A stretch of 64,000 bases of DNA. Source: Fistulifera solaris. Taxonomy: Eukaryota. The position numbers were made by a program, and so were the translations under genes. Location: NCBI GenBank assembly GCA_030295235.1, contig AP026136.1, positions 1,054,001 to 1,118,000 of the forward strand. Direction: 5' to 3'. The notes beneath the pieces are model-generated. The model had not been told where the DNA came from, did not search any database, and worked only from the letters and a program-made list of their open reading frames with translations. Shown piece after piece: positions 1 through 12,861 of this stretch (position 1 is its first letter; each line of letters begins with the position of its first letter).

Positions 1-121
1 GGACGCCGGTAAGGTCCTGAAGCTCCTGTTTCCAATGCTTTACGCCAGCGGCTGGGGCACCGCTGTACTCCAAAGTTTCCTTGCCCCATTTGATTTCCAG
101 CGTTACATTATCCGCAGGCAT
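1..121 (-). CDS. N-terminal ubiquitin-like domain of a probable USP14/Ubp6 deubiquitinase (runs off the window)
   Basis: Own translation from ATG at 121: MPADNVTLEIKWGKETLEYSGAPAAGVKHWKQELQDLTGV. This matches the 'vKWGKE...K.ql..LTGVp' UBL pattern of USP14/Ubp6. Confidence 0.65.
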   Translation of the reverse strand, partial: MPADNVTLEIKWGKETLEYSGAPAAGVKHWKQELQDLTGV

Positions 122-2002
122 TCTTCAAAACGATTACTCACGAATGAATAGTTGTGTAGTGTTTCTTTATATAATCCGTAATCCGTTCCAATTCGTAAGT
201 ACAAGTATAGGTCGATTGTCGTCGCAGTCGCAACAGTCGCAATAACGGCCTGCTCGGAAACTCATCGATGTGCTGAGAAAACGGGACTCATATTCATCAT
301 TTCAGTTAGACACGAGCAGCCCACTTTTTGTATCATTGTATTCATTCAAAATATCTGAAAGAGAAATCAGCTAGTCCACCCCCATCGCTAAAAAGTCAAA
401 AACACCGATACGATTGATTCAATTGAATGAAAGACGCTGTTTCTAGAGAGACTAGCATTCAATTCAGAATTTTACTTCTAACTGTGTTCCATGGCATGGA
501 AAATCAATACATCGACACCAAACAGGACTCGATTCGGACACGAGTAAACCATTACGGAGTATTTCGAAAGAAATTCTCATGCGTGTTCCTGGCAGTCCAA
601 CAAATACTTTGCGGCTCGAAGACGAATGATCAAGTGGATGTAAGTCGCCATCTTGCAAATCTTTTTCATGTTTGAATTTATCTCATGAAATCTCCGTTAT
701 TGTTTTCTACTGAAGTACAGAACCATGTTTTTGAAAAAAGAACTTCAAGTGCCAGACTTGTCAAATAACACTTACGTAGTAATTCATTTCCATATTTGCC
801 AGGCATATCGATGCGTCAATGTATAAAAACGCACCATGCTTTGAAGTATATGCCGACGACCGCACCGTTGAAAGCCGAATCCGCTCGATGCAAGTATCTT
901 TCTTAAAAAGATAATCTATTATGCTTCATCAAGTTTACTTTTTAATAAAATCCTCTAATCAAACCATCATTTGTCATGTAGAATTATACTGGGTCTGATC
1001 ATAACTACCCAAAAAATCAGAGGAAAGCTCTAGTGTCCTTTTCGTTCCGCAAGTTGGCACGTACTTGATTGGATTCAATCCATCGTCGCGGTAAATTTTG
1101 CAGCAGCGTGTGGTTAACGATGGGACGGCGTGATTTTTTGAAATGATGGTGGGTAGGGGGTTTTAACTGGGGTTTGTTTAGGGGCCTGTTCCAATTGCTG
1201 GGCTGGGTATCAAAGTGGAATACTCTTCGACACAGCTCTTCGCCATGGTTGACTAGGTCAACCAATCTTCTCGCGGAGTCCTGCCTAGCTTAGAAATGTC
1301 ATCACAGGTGATATTGATTTCTTATTTGAGTTAGTCAAATAAGGACAGTACATATATAGAGATTCTATAAAAGTACAGTCATGCCTTTATAATTAAAGTG
1401 TTGCCAACGTCGAAGGGACGAGTCTTCAACCAATCAAGCGCAGCACGTAAATTATGTAAAATTATGTCTATTATCCTACAAATTGGTGTGCACTTCAAAT
1501 GCTTGGTTGCGCGTCTACGTAACAAACAATTTTTTAACGGGCGATGCAAGACAACTGGATTTTGGCAACCTTAGTCCTAAGTCCTAAGCATGACTTAGTA
1601 GATGCAGCCCCATGGCTCAAATCTAGCATCTAGCGGCTACCAATAACCACTTATCCATTGACCGGCTGATCAGCTTCATTAGTTCGACATCGACTATCAG
1701 CACCTTTGAATTCCTCTCTTCTTATCCGTCAGGTTGATCTTGAATTCACGCTGCTGTTAAAGCAAATCATTTAAATCCTTCCTTCCGATGAGTGGCGGCG
1801 AGTGGCAAGTACAGGGTAGGTTCCATGAAATGCCCATAGCTCTAGCTTGAGAGATGATTGTGCAAATTATGAACATTGTGGTATGGTAATGGCAGTGAAG
1901 CTAGATAAATTTCTATAATCCAGATTTGCAATAATTTCCTAAAACATCTGACAATCTATGAACAAACCATTTCTCATGTTTATTATCTACGCTTCCAATT
2001 AA

Positions 2003-3511
2003 CTAGCATGAACAGCACAGAAGCCATTTCCAGGAATCATAGCTGTTACATATAATCCCTCTGTCATCAACCAGACGTTCCGCACTTTCTTTCTCTTGCT
2101 CTGCCTTACGTGTTCGAAGTTCCTCTTGTAGCCAAGCTAAGGCATCCGATATGAATATGGCTTCTAGGTATACGACGGAATCGTGTGTCAAAGCGAGAGG
2201 CATCCGCTTGTATTGGCGGGGCCCGCATGTATACTGAGGCTGTAAACCGTCCAAAGGAATCCTTCGTGTTTTCACTAGTCTTCGTTGCTGGCGACGACGC
2301 CTTTCATAGAGCTTGACTTCTAATGTTGTAGGCGCTTGAGTACCTCTCAAATTGCCCGTCAAGCGCAAACCACGTTCTGCCGGGACAAAAGCTTTCCCGG
2401 ACGGTCTTAAAACGAAGTTTTCAAGACAATCCTCGTAGGCCAGTTGAATGATCCAAGTAGAGCGCGGATTCAAGCCAGATGCCGAAGCCACTCTCACCTC
2501 TATCGCACTAGCCGCAAAGACTGCTGGAGTGTGTACCAGAAATGGAGGTTGAAGAAGACTAGCTCTGATGCGGTCGCTCTGTCGAGAACCGGTCGATGGT
2601 GCCGAGCTTGTCGGATAAGACTGCGGAGAAGAAAGGGCCACTGGCTTGCGAGGAACAAACGAATCGTGACACATCTTCCGCAATACAACCATTGTTATTG
2701 TTGCTGTATTGGCTACGTCCCATCTTAAGAGGACGCCATATTGCATCGACAAGAATCCCATGCGCAACTCGACTAGTGAACGCGTTTCAACGAAGGTAGC
2801 GTTTCGTTCTGAAACTACAGCATTTCTGCGTTTCACGGAAGCCTTGCTAGTTTCACTAAGTGCATGTTGAGCCAGTAAACGCATCTTGGCACGAAGCTTT
2901 TCAAGACATGCCTCCCTCCCGAGTGCGCAAATTTTTGAACCCACCGGTTCGCCCAGCCCTTTGTCTTTTTGCATTCGACACTGGGGGTGAAAATACATTG
3001 CAGGGTCATTTAGCTGTTTCGTATCCAGCTCGGCAAAAGACACAGTAAAAACCGAAGCTTCTGTGTTACAAGTCGATATCCGACTGACGCGTGGAGGAGT
3101 GCGCCGGCGTGAAAGTTTTATGGGTCTCCTCCGCTTGCGCGAATCATCCTGGCTTTGATCGAAGCTTTCAACAGATTCAAGACCTAGACTTCCACTCGCA
3201 TCATCTTGAGAATCTCGATCCTTTTGCTGCTGCTTCAGTAGTTGAGACTGTTCGTGAAGGAGCGACTCAATGCAAGCATCATGCAATGATGAAAAATCAA
3301 CCGAATTCAAATCACCGTTTTGAAAGTCACGAAGATGAAGAGCCGAGCCAAACGCATCCCGTGAGCCTGTTGCGCAACTGTCGTCACAGCCGAGCAGTTC
3401 CAAGCCACAGCTATTCTCGATCAGATCTGAAAATAACGAGTTGCAACTGGCAGCGCCTCCGCTGTCCCGTGTTGTTTTTGCCGGCCATATTCGCTTTGGC
3501 TTGATAGCCAT
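2003..3511 (-). CDS. Hypothetical protein, possible C-terminal C2-like domain
   Basis: About 500-aa uninterrupted ORF with probable start MAIKPKR at 3511. C-terminal IEVRVASASGL...LEVKLYE...RIPLDGL is C2-like. Confidence 0.7.
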   Translation of the reverse strand: MAIKPKRIWPAKTTRDSGGAASCNSLFSDLIENSCGLELLGCDDSCATGSRDAFGSALHLRDFQNGDLNSVDFSSLHDACIESLLHEQSQLLKQQQKDRDSQDDASGSLGLESVESFDQSQDDSRKRRRPIKLSRRRTPPRVSRISTCNTEASVFTVSFAELDTKQLNDPAMYFHPQCRMQKDKGLGEPVGSKICALGREACLEKLRAKMRLLAQHALSETSKASVKRRNAVVSERNATFVETRSLVELRMGFLSMQYGVLLRWDVANTATITMVVLRKMCHDSFVPRKPVALSSPQSYPTSSAPSTGSRQSDRIRASLLQPPFLVHTPAVFAASAIEVRVASASGLNPRSTWIIQLAYEDCLENFVLRPSGKAFVPAERGLRLTGNLRGTQAPTTLEVKLYERRRRQQRRLVKTRRIPLDGLQPQYTCGPRQYKRMPLALTHDSVVYLEAIFISDALAWLQEELRTRKAEQEKESAERLVDDRGIICNSYDSWKWLLCCSC

Positions 3512-4127
3512 TTTTCGTAAAGCTTGTGCGCGGGAATTATTCACTGAAATATTCAACACAGATAAAAGAAGGTGCAATGATTAACTTCCAAATCACAATC
3601 ATATCAGTCTTTTCGATGCTGGCATCCATCCACCCCTGCGTTTAAAAGGCAAACAGCCAACACCGCAACAAGCAAACACGAACGACTGCTCCGTCAGAGT
3701 CTTGCTTTTAGTGTAGGGACCTTCCGGCGGCAAGAAAATGTACTTCTCCTGGTGCGGCGACTCTTGAAAATTTGATCCAACGCAAGCTAAATAGATTTGA
3801 ATCTTCACTAAGTGACAAACACGAAAATAGGTGTCATTATCCGTTGTAGAATTGTTCTTACGCCAAAGACTACTGCGTGACTTCGTTAGGAAATTAGGAA
3901 TAAATATTAGTATCAATTATTTGTTGAAAAAAAAGAATCACTGTACGATATACTGTAAAAGGGAGAAGGCCATAACCTTTAACCCTGATCATGTCCATGG
4001 ATATTGACTGTGCTAGAGGGCACGTTCATGCATCCAAAAATCACATCAATTATTTTGGCACGCACACTTTCGCCTCGGCTCGATTTCAGTTCTTTGAAAA
4101 CCATAGCGCAAAATCTTGAAAAGTTGC

Positions 4128-4967
4128 TCAAGACTCGGAAAGAATAGCGTCGTCAGCCTTCTGTAATCGCATGCTCGTTATGTACGATAATTCAGGGAAT
4201 TCTTGCAGTAGATAAGCGTTTCCTTTGTTTACAATCTGCCCTTGGTTTGGTCTCTCGCGATAATTCGAACTGATCTTATCAATATATTCCATTCCTTCTA
4301 TGACTTCTCCAATGGGAGCAAAGCCCTGTTGGTCGAGGGCTGCATTGTCGTTCAAATTGATAAACAGTTGTGTTGTTCGAGTGTTCTTCCCGGAAGTGGC
4401 AAAAGTGAGCGTCCCTCGTTTATTAGATTCTTTCACTGGATCATCTTGTAAAACTTTTGTTTTCCATTCCAACTGTATGCTTGGGTTGCCATTGATTCCA
4501 AATTGCACCACAAAATTCGGCAACACCCGAAAGAATCGACAATCGTCATAAAATTGTGCCTCGACGAGTTCCAACAAATGGGCTGCTCCGATCGGAGCCC
4601 AATCGGGACGAACTTCAATGATAACATTGTGCGGATCCGACTCACCGGTCAGACCTGCTAAAGTCATAACGAGACGCGGTGGGTGTTTTGTAACGACCGT
4701 GTCATCGGTTCCACCCGTGTCGTCTGTCTTTTCAGATGTGTGTCTCAAATGCTGTTCTTGTTGACGAAGTAATAATTTTTCCGGCGTACTGCCGCTTTTG
4801 ATACGGTACTGTCGTTTCGTACGAAAATGATCCATTTCAAAGAGTAATGCACAGAAAGCGAGCAGAGCCGTCATCCAAGCAATGACTTTTAACAATCGAA
4901 TGTACGAGCCACCCGTCGCTCGGGATCGCCGTATCCGTCGTTTCATTTGTTGAGGAGGCTTTTGCAT
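4128..4967 (-). CDS. Membrane-anchored cyclophilin-type peptidyl-prolyl isomerase
   Basis: Cyclophilin motifs FYDDCRFFRVLPNFVVQFG, SNKRGTLTFA..GKNTRTTQLFINL, GFAPIGEV; N-terminal TM helix. Confidence 0.93.
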   Translation of the reverse strand: MQKPPQQMKRRIRRSRATGGSYIRLLKVIAWMTALLAFCALLFEMDHFRTKRQYRIKSGSTPEKLLLRQQEQHLRHTSEKTDDTGGTDDTVVTKHPPRLVMTLAGLTGESDPHNVIIEVRPDWAPIGAAHLLELVEAQFYDDCRFFRVLPNFVVQFGINGNPSIQLEWKTKVLQDDPVKESNKRGTLTFATSGKNTRTTQLFINLNDNAALDQQGFAPIGEVIEGMEYIDKISSNYRERPNQGQIVNKGNAYLLQEFPELSYITSMRLQKADDAILSES

Positions 4968-5354
4968 TTTGATTATGAATTATTTTGCAAACGGATCTTG
5001 TGTATTATAGAGGCACAATGATCGACGAAAGAGGTCTTCTGCGAAAAAGACATGAAAGTGAAAAAAGGTCGGGACAGACACAAACAGCGGTGCGCGCGAT
5101 GCGGGGGGAACTAAATAAATAATTGCGACAGTCATGACGACGTATTACTCGTGACTGGTTAGTTCATTTTGCTCTTTTCGGTCCCCGTCCCCCTCGACTC
5201 AAATACTAAAAAGAGTAAGGTTTTGAAAATACGAAAGGAGATAGCTACAAAAAGAGAACAAGTAATCCTTACCAGTATGCTTGCATTTTGACTTGCTTTA
5301 AACCTACGTTCTTCATCCTTCTTAACCCCATGACAACCACACTCTGCTTTCGTC

Positions 5355-8300
5355 ATGGCGCGCAAAAAGGCCAAGGCTAAAGGCCCCGACACGCGGGGAT
5401 ACAATCAACAAAACAACCAGGATCAAGCTCCTCCCAAACGTAGCACACCGTCACATGAAGCCGAATTGTATGACGTCTCGAAACCCCGAATGTACACGCT
5501 TCATCTTACCAAAGCCATGGAAACTCAATTGCGAGAATTTCTGGGTGAATTTCCTTTGCCACAAACGGAGGCGCTTCCTTCGGATCGCTTTGGAAAACGG
5601 ATTACCAACATTTACGATCGACTGATCGATCTCGGTTTTGCCTTCCAAGATATCCAGCAAGCTGTGTTGCAGTTGCGTTATCACATCACTTTAGACCTAG
5701 CGCTAGACTGGTTGTGCTGGCATGTCGATGTTCTACCACCTCGATTCACGGACGAACGATTTGATGTATCAACAAACTCGTCCTCGGTCTGGGTGGAGCC
5801 GATGACTAAAGCAGTAAGGAGTGCAGAGAACAGTTCAACCGTGGAGACACGTTCTGTCGCTCCATTCGAGTTTGCTTCGCCTGGGACTCCTTACAAGAAA
5901 ATGCAAGGAGAGGATCGAAGTGATGAAAATGATACTTCCATGTCGGATGCACATAAGCAGTGGCTGCTCTCGCAGTATCAATACGAGGAGGAAGACGAAG
6001 AGACAGAAGCTGAAAATGACCTAAGCATGCCGCTAGACGATTCTTTATCGGGCACTATACTACGCGAAGATGATGAATTGCACCGGGATAGATTGAAACT
6101 GAAGCAACTCAAGGTGGAATTGGAGCCCCTTGAATCGCAATTGAATGACGAGGCGTCGTGTTATATGATGAGTAAGCACGAACTTAAGGCAATGCGCGGT
6201 CGTGTAAAGCCTCTCAAACGTCAAATTAAAGTGCTAGAAGAGAAAATTGCGGGTCGAGAAAGGAAGCTTGCACTCCAAAGTCCCGTTCATGAGCTGTCAG
6301 TAGACGAGGATTGCGAAGAGGACAGTCTGCTAGATATTTTTAGTATGAGCATCGAAGACATCAATCCTAGCATTGATAAGTCCATGTCCTCGCAAATGAA
6401 ACAAGGTGCCGGAGACGAAGACACGCAAACTATTCCTAGAGATTCCGTACCAAAATCGTGGACGGGGATGAAACCCAAAGCTCTTCTCGAAGATTTTTGT
6501 CGACGACAAAAGCTTCCTCAGCCATCATTTCAGCGTATGACGAAAACCTCGTGTATACTAAGAATGAAGGGTTCGACGGGTGAAGGAAAAGTGGCAGTGA
6601 TTCATCAGGATGGCCCAACTCTTGCTGACGCGCAACATTTCGCTGCAGCAAAAGCATTGTTTCAATTAGATTCTAAGGCAAATATTCAACACCTTCTGCC
6701 TCCTTTTCATCGCCAAGTTTGGTCAGAATGGAAGAGCTCGGCGAAATTGACGGAAAATAGAATTAAACTAGATGAGGGGGGCGAAACGTAGAAACGAAAT
6801 CGACCAGCTTTTGAACCAGTTAGCGAAAAATGACGAGATTGGTCGCCAAAAGTATGCCTTCAAGAAGGAAGAACATGGACTAGATGACTTAGTAGATATG
6901 AAGGAACAAAGAGAACATTCATGGGAGGAAGTGAAAGAATCGAGCTTGAGCAGTTCAGCTCGTTTATGTCAAGAGAACATTCAGCTTAAGAACGAATTCG
7001 AGACCATAGTTAAGTCCGAGAAGTATCAGAGGCATCTAGAACTGAGAGAGAAACTTCCCGTTTACGGTTTTCGAGAATCAATCCTAGAAGCAATCGAGAA
7101 TAATCCGGTCACGATCATATCCGCAGAGACGGGAGCGGGAAAGACTACTCAGGTTTGTTAATGTATTTTCTGTCCCAGTACGTGTTGTAATTGAGTCTAA
7201 GGTCTTTTGCAGGTACCACAGTTTCTCTTATCGACTGCTTTATTGCAAGGAAAAGGTGGTCACACATCAATAATATGCACACAGCCTCGAAGGGTTGCCG
7301 CTACATCTGTCGCTGAGCGTGTTGCGGAAGAGGTTGGAGAGCGGTCTGTTGGCGGGTTGGTCGGCTATCAGATTCGAATGGAAAGTTCCAAATCGAGTCG
7401 AACAAAGCTTCTCTTTTGTACAACAGGTGTTATCCTGCGTCGACTAATCGAAGACCCTTTGCTGAACGGTGTATCTCACCTGGTAGTTGATGAAGTTCAC
7501 GAACGCCAGTGGCAAATTGACGTTCTCCTCATGTCGCTTAAAACACTCATGCAAGGGAGACGACCGGATTTGAAAGTAATTTTGGTAAGTTGTTCCAGGC
7601 TTTGTCTTCATTGATTATCAACTTAATACTCACAACAACACTAAGATGTCAGCCACACTTGACTCCGGTCTTTTCTCGTCTTACTTTTGGTCTGCCCCTG
7701 TGTTGAGCGTCCCAGGGCGGACCTTTCCAGTGAAGAATTACTTCTTGGAAGATCTGCTCGAAAAGACAGGGCACATCATCGAAGAAGATTCTCGATACGC
7801 TCAGAGAAGCTTTGCACGAATGGATACGGTTGATTTACGGGTAACGGAACGTAGGGGGCGAAAGAGACGCGATGTCGCCTACGTGCAATCGCAGACAGAT
7901 ATAGAAGTTTCAAATGAGTTTATGGGTTACTCGGTGTCTACGCGAAGGTGAGTTCCTTGAATTTATATTGCGCAATACGTTATCGCTGTACTAACTCGTT
8001 TGTTGTCAAGATCGATGGATAGAGTCGATGAGACGATCCTCAACTATGACTTGATTGAAGATGTCTTGGAGCTTCTCTTCTTCCATTCAAACACATTCAC
8101 AACAACGGAAAATGCCGAAGTAAAAAATGGAGCTGTACTAATTTTTCTTCCTGGCTTGCGAGAAATTCGAACTTTAATGGATCGACTATTAGGAAGTACG
8201 ATCTGCGGCAAAAACGAGAAGTTAGAGGTGATACCATTGCATTCATCGTTGTCATCAAAAGATCAACGGCGAGCATTCAAGCCAACAAGCAAAGGGTACC

Positions 8301-9634
8301 GAAAAATCATCATTTCAACAAATATTGCGGAAACTAGCGTTACAATTCCGGACGTAACATGTATCATTGATAGCGGGCTGGTACGAGAAATTCAGCGCGA
8401 CCAACGGACTGGCACGCAAAAGCTCGTAACGACATGGTGTTCGAAGGCAAATACAAAGCAGAGGTGTGGACGAGCAGGTAGGGTACAACCAGGGATATCG
8501 TTAAGACTCTTTTCGTCAAAGACTGATGCTCTGATGAAAGGCGTCACTGAACCAGAATTGAAGCGAATACCCTTGGAAGAAGTTTGTTTAACAATTTTAG
8601 CATCAGGTCTGTCAACTTCGTGCAAGTCCTTTCTTGCAAATGCTCCTGAACCTCCTTTGGCATCCGCCATCGAGCTTTCATTAGAAGATTTAAGATGCAT
8701 TGGTGCTATATCGATTGAAAAACGTGACGGAATTAGCTCCGACGGCCCTCGCGAAGAGTTGACCGCGTTGGGTGAGCACCTTGCAAAGATACCGATCGAT
8801 GCAAGATTGGGGAAAATGCTTATATATGGAAGCATGTTTCAATGCCTCGATCCAGCGCTAACTCTAGCTGCGTGTCTCTCTGCATCCCAATCACCTTTCG
8901 TTTCGTCATTTTTGGAGGGTGATGAGGTTAAGGCTGCGCATTCTTCATTTCTTGATACTTCATCGGACTTCGTTACTTTGCTCAATGTGTGGGAAGCTTT
9001 TGTGTCTGCCGGGTCCGCAGCACGCCAATTTTGCCGTGAAAAGTATTTAAATTACGATGCTTTTCTTGAAATTGCAGATGCACGTGACCAATTCTTAGCT
9101 CATCTGTGCAAAATCGGGTTTGTCAATCGAAAAGGTTTTGATGACGGCCAAGGAAATTACAACTCTCAGAGCAAATCACCTGATGCGATTCATTTTGTCA
9201 TATGTGCCGGACTTTATCCAAACGTGGCCATGATAGAATCTGACTTGGGGCTTGTCCACAAGACGGAAAAGGTTGCTATACACAACAGTTCAGTTAACGC
9301 GAAATCACTGAAAGATCGTCCATCAGACTGGGTCGCATTCCATGAGAAACTAGGAACGGGGCGCCAGATCGCAATATCAACCACATGCTTTGTACATCCT
9401 TTCTCATTATTTCTACTTGGACCAATGGTTCACATTGATCATAATTTAGGAAAAGTCGAGATAGACCATTGGATCAAACTTACTTTGTCTGGAAAAACGG
9501 CGGTGCTGTTAAAAGGACTGAAACATCGGCTAGAATGGTCTTTGAAAAATTGCATTCAACAAGTGAACGCTGAAAGCAATGTTTCTGATTTAGACGTGAT
9601 TGACAAAATCATCTCTATTTTATGTCAAGTCTAG
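5355..9634 (+). CDS. DEAH-box RNA helicase, DHX29/DHX57-like (UBA-like, dsRBD-like, helicase, HA2, OB); introns 7153-7212, 7585-7645, 7948-8010; apparent frameshift at G6 6776-6781
   Basis: [44 protein letters not shown]. The GT..AG introns restore frame; removing one G joins the 478-aa and 129-aa ORFs. Confidence 0.92.
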
Positions 9635-9730
9635 AAAATCATTGCCAAATTGTTTTGCAAGATAGGAATATGAGTGAAGTGTTCAGACCATCAGAAAAGA
9701 TTCTGCGTTCCGTAGTATGATCGTCTGAAT

Positions 9731-12391
9731 TTACATCGCAGCATTCGGCAGTTTACTACCTCTTTGAGTTTCAATAAGGCTGACAATATTGTCGTAGCCC
9801 GCTTTGGACAGCGCCTTCTCTACTTCGTCAAAGAAGCTCGATTCTGGCTTCTCTTGAATTCGTCCCTCATTGTACATGGTCCAAAGATCAAGCAAGATGT
9901 GACCGGCTTGGGAAACGGCCCCAATCTTTATTTCTGCTCTCGCCCAAAATTCAAAAGAGGTGCAATTTGGAAACACATTCTTAATACCCCTTGCGTCCAG
10001 CGCTTTCATCTCTTCGACAAGTCCTTGTATCCTGGCTGTCGCGTCAACATTATCGGACGTTAAGCACGAATAGATAAGACTGTTGAAAGCATCGGCATCT
10101 GGCACCAGCCCAAAGCCTGACATATTTCGAAGTAACGCCTCAACTTTTTCTACTCGACAGTCATCTTCCGAATGAGCGATTTGCCTCATGACTGATTTAT
10201 ACCTTCCGATCCCGGGTACGACGGCTGAACGCTTTCTCAGAAAATCTTCGTGCATTATCAAGAGGAGGTCGTATGCGTAGTCAGCGCGATGCTGGCGTTG
10301 GAACAGGTTTAATACCCGATCACACAAAATACCGCTCAAATCAGGCGATTTGCATTGCCTTAGTCGATGTGTTCGCATGCTCGTCACCAAGGAATATGCT
10401 CGTTCTACTGCCGTAGGAAGGGACGATCTTGCCCAACAAGAAAGAACGGCGTCATAAATCTGAGCATCTGGAGGAGGAGCAAGACCTGCTCTGTACAAAT
10501 CTAGCAACATCTGCACGAGTTCGTCAGCTTTCAGCGCAGCGTCGCGTGCATAAGATCTATCCCAAGCGGAGAAGACGAGTCCAAAAAGGTCGATCCGAAC
10601 TCTTCCTAAATGTTTTTCCTTGGCTAACGTACATAATCTCATTAAGACATCATGCGCAACTTGCGGCTGGTCAGCTTTAGCAAATGCCAATAGAATTGCT
10701 TTCAGTTGCATATGCTCGGGCTGCTGCCCAAATGCATTCTCCCGACAAAACTCCATTGCTTCCCATACGAGCTCAGTGGCTCGATGTAATCCATCGTTTT
10801 GCAGCAAGAAAATCTGAATAAGCATTGTGTAAGAGTAGAAATCTGGTGGAGATTTCGTGCTCCTCTTCATTTCTTGAAACAAGGAATCGGCTTCCTCTCT
10901 AGCATTGACTGCCCTGTTGTTTGCGTAAAACAAAGATGCCAGCATAACGTTGTAGGTTGCCGTATCTGGACCCGAGTCCAGAAATCCGAAATGGTATAGA
11001 TCCTTTATCCGTTGAAATAACAGGCGTGTTCGGTCTACATTTCCTGCCCTCGACCATGCGTCCATTAAAGTGGTTAAAAGCGTAAGAGAAGGCTTCAAGT
11101 CTTTACGACCGTTTATAAACAACGAGTACACCTCGTCAACTAGGTCTTGAGCCTTCTCAGGCTGTGATGCTTTAGCAAAAGCGTTGGTGACAGTAGCATA
11201 AGAGAATAGATCAGGTGGAGACTCTAGCTGTCCTCCGCTGTGTAGTTCCTTCATCTCTTGCAGCAAAGTTAGACAACGATCTGCTTGACCAGCTCGAGCC
11301 CAGCAAGATAAAACGGTGTTAAATGTTTTAACATCAGCTTGAACAGGCGGAAAGGTCTTTGGGTCATACATGCGTGCTAGGAGAGATTGAACGCGTTCGG
11401 CGGCGTTACCGCCGTGTGACCTCGCCCAAGCCGAGATGACAGTGTTCCAACTAACGACGTCCGGCTTGGGTGCACTTCCCTTCCAATCCAGTAACGGATA
11501 TCCTTCCTGAAGTTGCCATTGCTCACACATGTCTTTCAGCAACTGTTCCGCAGCCTCCCCGTTTCCAACTTTGGCGTAAGCCGCCAACAAGCAATTATAA
11601 GACCGAATGTCCAATGGGATGACGTGTTGCGCTCGTTCCAACAGTGCCCGCGCCCGATCCGGTCGTGCACAAGCCGTCCAAGACGACAATACCTTATTTA
11701 ACGCTTTCGTTCGTGGATGAAACGACCCAAGAGACGATGCATTTGGCTGATTTAATTCGGTCATCCGATCCAGCACTGTCTCGGCAAATGCAGCCTCTGT
11801 GACAGATTTCAATCGCTTTGCCCTTCTTGAGGCTACACCCAAGATGACCTGCAAAGAGGAGCCCGAAAGTTCAAGTGTTGGACTTTCATTACACCACCGG
11901 TCGACTGTTGCGAGGAGCTGTGCCGGCAAGATGACACGCTCGCCATTGTTTTCTTTGATTGAATCATGCACACTTTCCCAGTTTTCCACAAGACGATCAA
12001 TGATTTGCCAATCCAGAAAATCTGAGGAAATAGTAGTGTTTCCTATCTTCTGTTCATCTACCAGTCTCGAAAGGAGAAGAATTGACATTTGCACAGATAA
12101 CGGTGTCTTTTGATAGGTCCACCATTCGAGTTGATCTTCAGCGCTATTCCAGATGCTAGAATCGTTCGTACCCGAAGGAGTCTCTAGCAAGAACCTCTTT
12201 GTCCTTTCTAAGATATCACGATCTTCCGTATAGGTTTGTGAAGCGTATGAACGATGTTTCTTCCAGGAAAGTGTAGAAGATCTGGGGGGTTGCAAAAATT
12301 GACACGTCCGAGCGGATGGGACTGCAATCGTATTGTAGTGCGCGCATGTCTTCTTTACAATATTCGACGCCGCCAGCCGTTGTCGAAGCAT
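9731..12391 (-). CDS. Pentatricopeptide-repeat protein, probably mitochondrial
   Basis: Multiple 35-aa PPR motifs (PDVVSWNTVISAWARS, DVKTFNTVLSCWARAG, PDLFSYATVTNAFAKA); Arg/Ser-rich N-terminus from MLRQRLAAS. Confidence 0.9.
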   Translation of the reverse strand: MLRQRLAASNIVKKTCAHYNTIAVPSARTCQFLQPPRSSTLSWKKHRSYASQTYTEDRDILERTKRFLLETPSGTNDSSIWNSAEDQLEWWTYQKTPLSVQMSILLLSRLVDEQKIGNTTISSDFLDWQIIDRLVENWESVHDSIKENNGERVILPAQLLATVDRWCNESPTLELSGSSLQVILGVASRRAKRLKSVTEAAFAETVLDRMTELNQPNASSLGSFHPRTKALNKVLSSWTACARPDRARALLERAQHVIPLDIRSYNCLLAAYAKVGNGEAAEQLLKDMCEQWQLQEGYPLLDWKGSAPKPDVVSWNTVISAWARSHGGNAAERVQSLLARMYDPKTFPPVQADVKTFNTVLSCWARAGQADRCLTLLQEMKELHSGGQLESPPDLFSYATVTNAFAKASQPEKAQDLVDEVYSLFINGRKDLKPSLTLLTTLMDAWSRAGNVDRTRLLFQRIKDLYHFGFLDSGPDTATYNVMLASLFYANNRAVNAREEADSLFQEMKRSTKSPPDFYSYTMLIQIFLLQNDGLHRATELVWEAMEFCRENAFGQQPEHMQLKAILLAFAKADQPQVAHDVLMRLCTLAKEKHLGRVRIDLFGLVFSAWDRSYARDAALKADELVQMLLDLYRAGLAPPPDAQIYDAVLSCWARSSLPTAVERAYSLVTSMRTHRLRQCKSPDLSGILCDRVLNLFQRQHRADYAYDLLLIMHEDFLRKRSAVVPGIGRYKSVMRQIAHSEDDCRVEKVEALLRNMSGFGLVPDADAFNSLIYSCLTSDNVDATARIQGLVEEMKALDARGIKNVFPNCTSFEFWARAEIKIGAVSQAGHILLDLWTMYNEGRIQEKPESSFFDEVEKALSKAGYDNIVSLIETQRGSKLPNAAM

Positions 12392-12861
12392 CTTCTTCTT
12401 GTATTCTTTACTTGCAACGGAGTTGATTATTGCCGTCAAAATTCATGATCATAATGCTTTCTCTGTCTTATTGCAAATGATGCCCATGGAACCTTTTGCT
12501 GGTTGTGGTGGGGCATTTCAGTTTTTTTAGGTCGGCGGAGCATCTGCATCCGGTTTCTGATGCTGTACTCTGCTTTAAATTTGTTCTTAATATGAAAACA
12601 AGTGGATGTCGTAGCGTATTGCGTAGAAGGATCGACGCCAGATGAGCCTGAGGTGCTCCAAGCAAGCAAAAAACATCATCGCGCAATCACTTTTTTTGAA
12701 AAAACGTTCGACCGTTGGGAAAGAAAAACAAAAGGAAAGTGTTTCTATTATGATCTCACTCTTTCTTATTCAGATTGCATAAGAAGTTGCTTTGCACTTC
12801 ACCGAAACACTTTTCAATCCTGTAACACACCATTCGTGACAGTTAATCGTTAACAGCAAAC

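Noticed and set aside
990..1620. TTA-GGGGCCTGTTCCAATT (about 1178) as a Tourist/Harbinger MITE end, and short ORFs in 427-1265
   Set aside because: No matching partner TIR or TSD found; the ORFs have no recognisable motifs.
6772..6791. Programmed ribosomal frameshift in the DHX helicase gene
   Set aside because: One of many homopolymer indels in the window; sequencing error is the simpler explanation.
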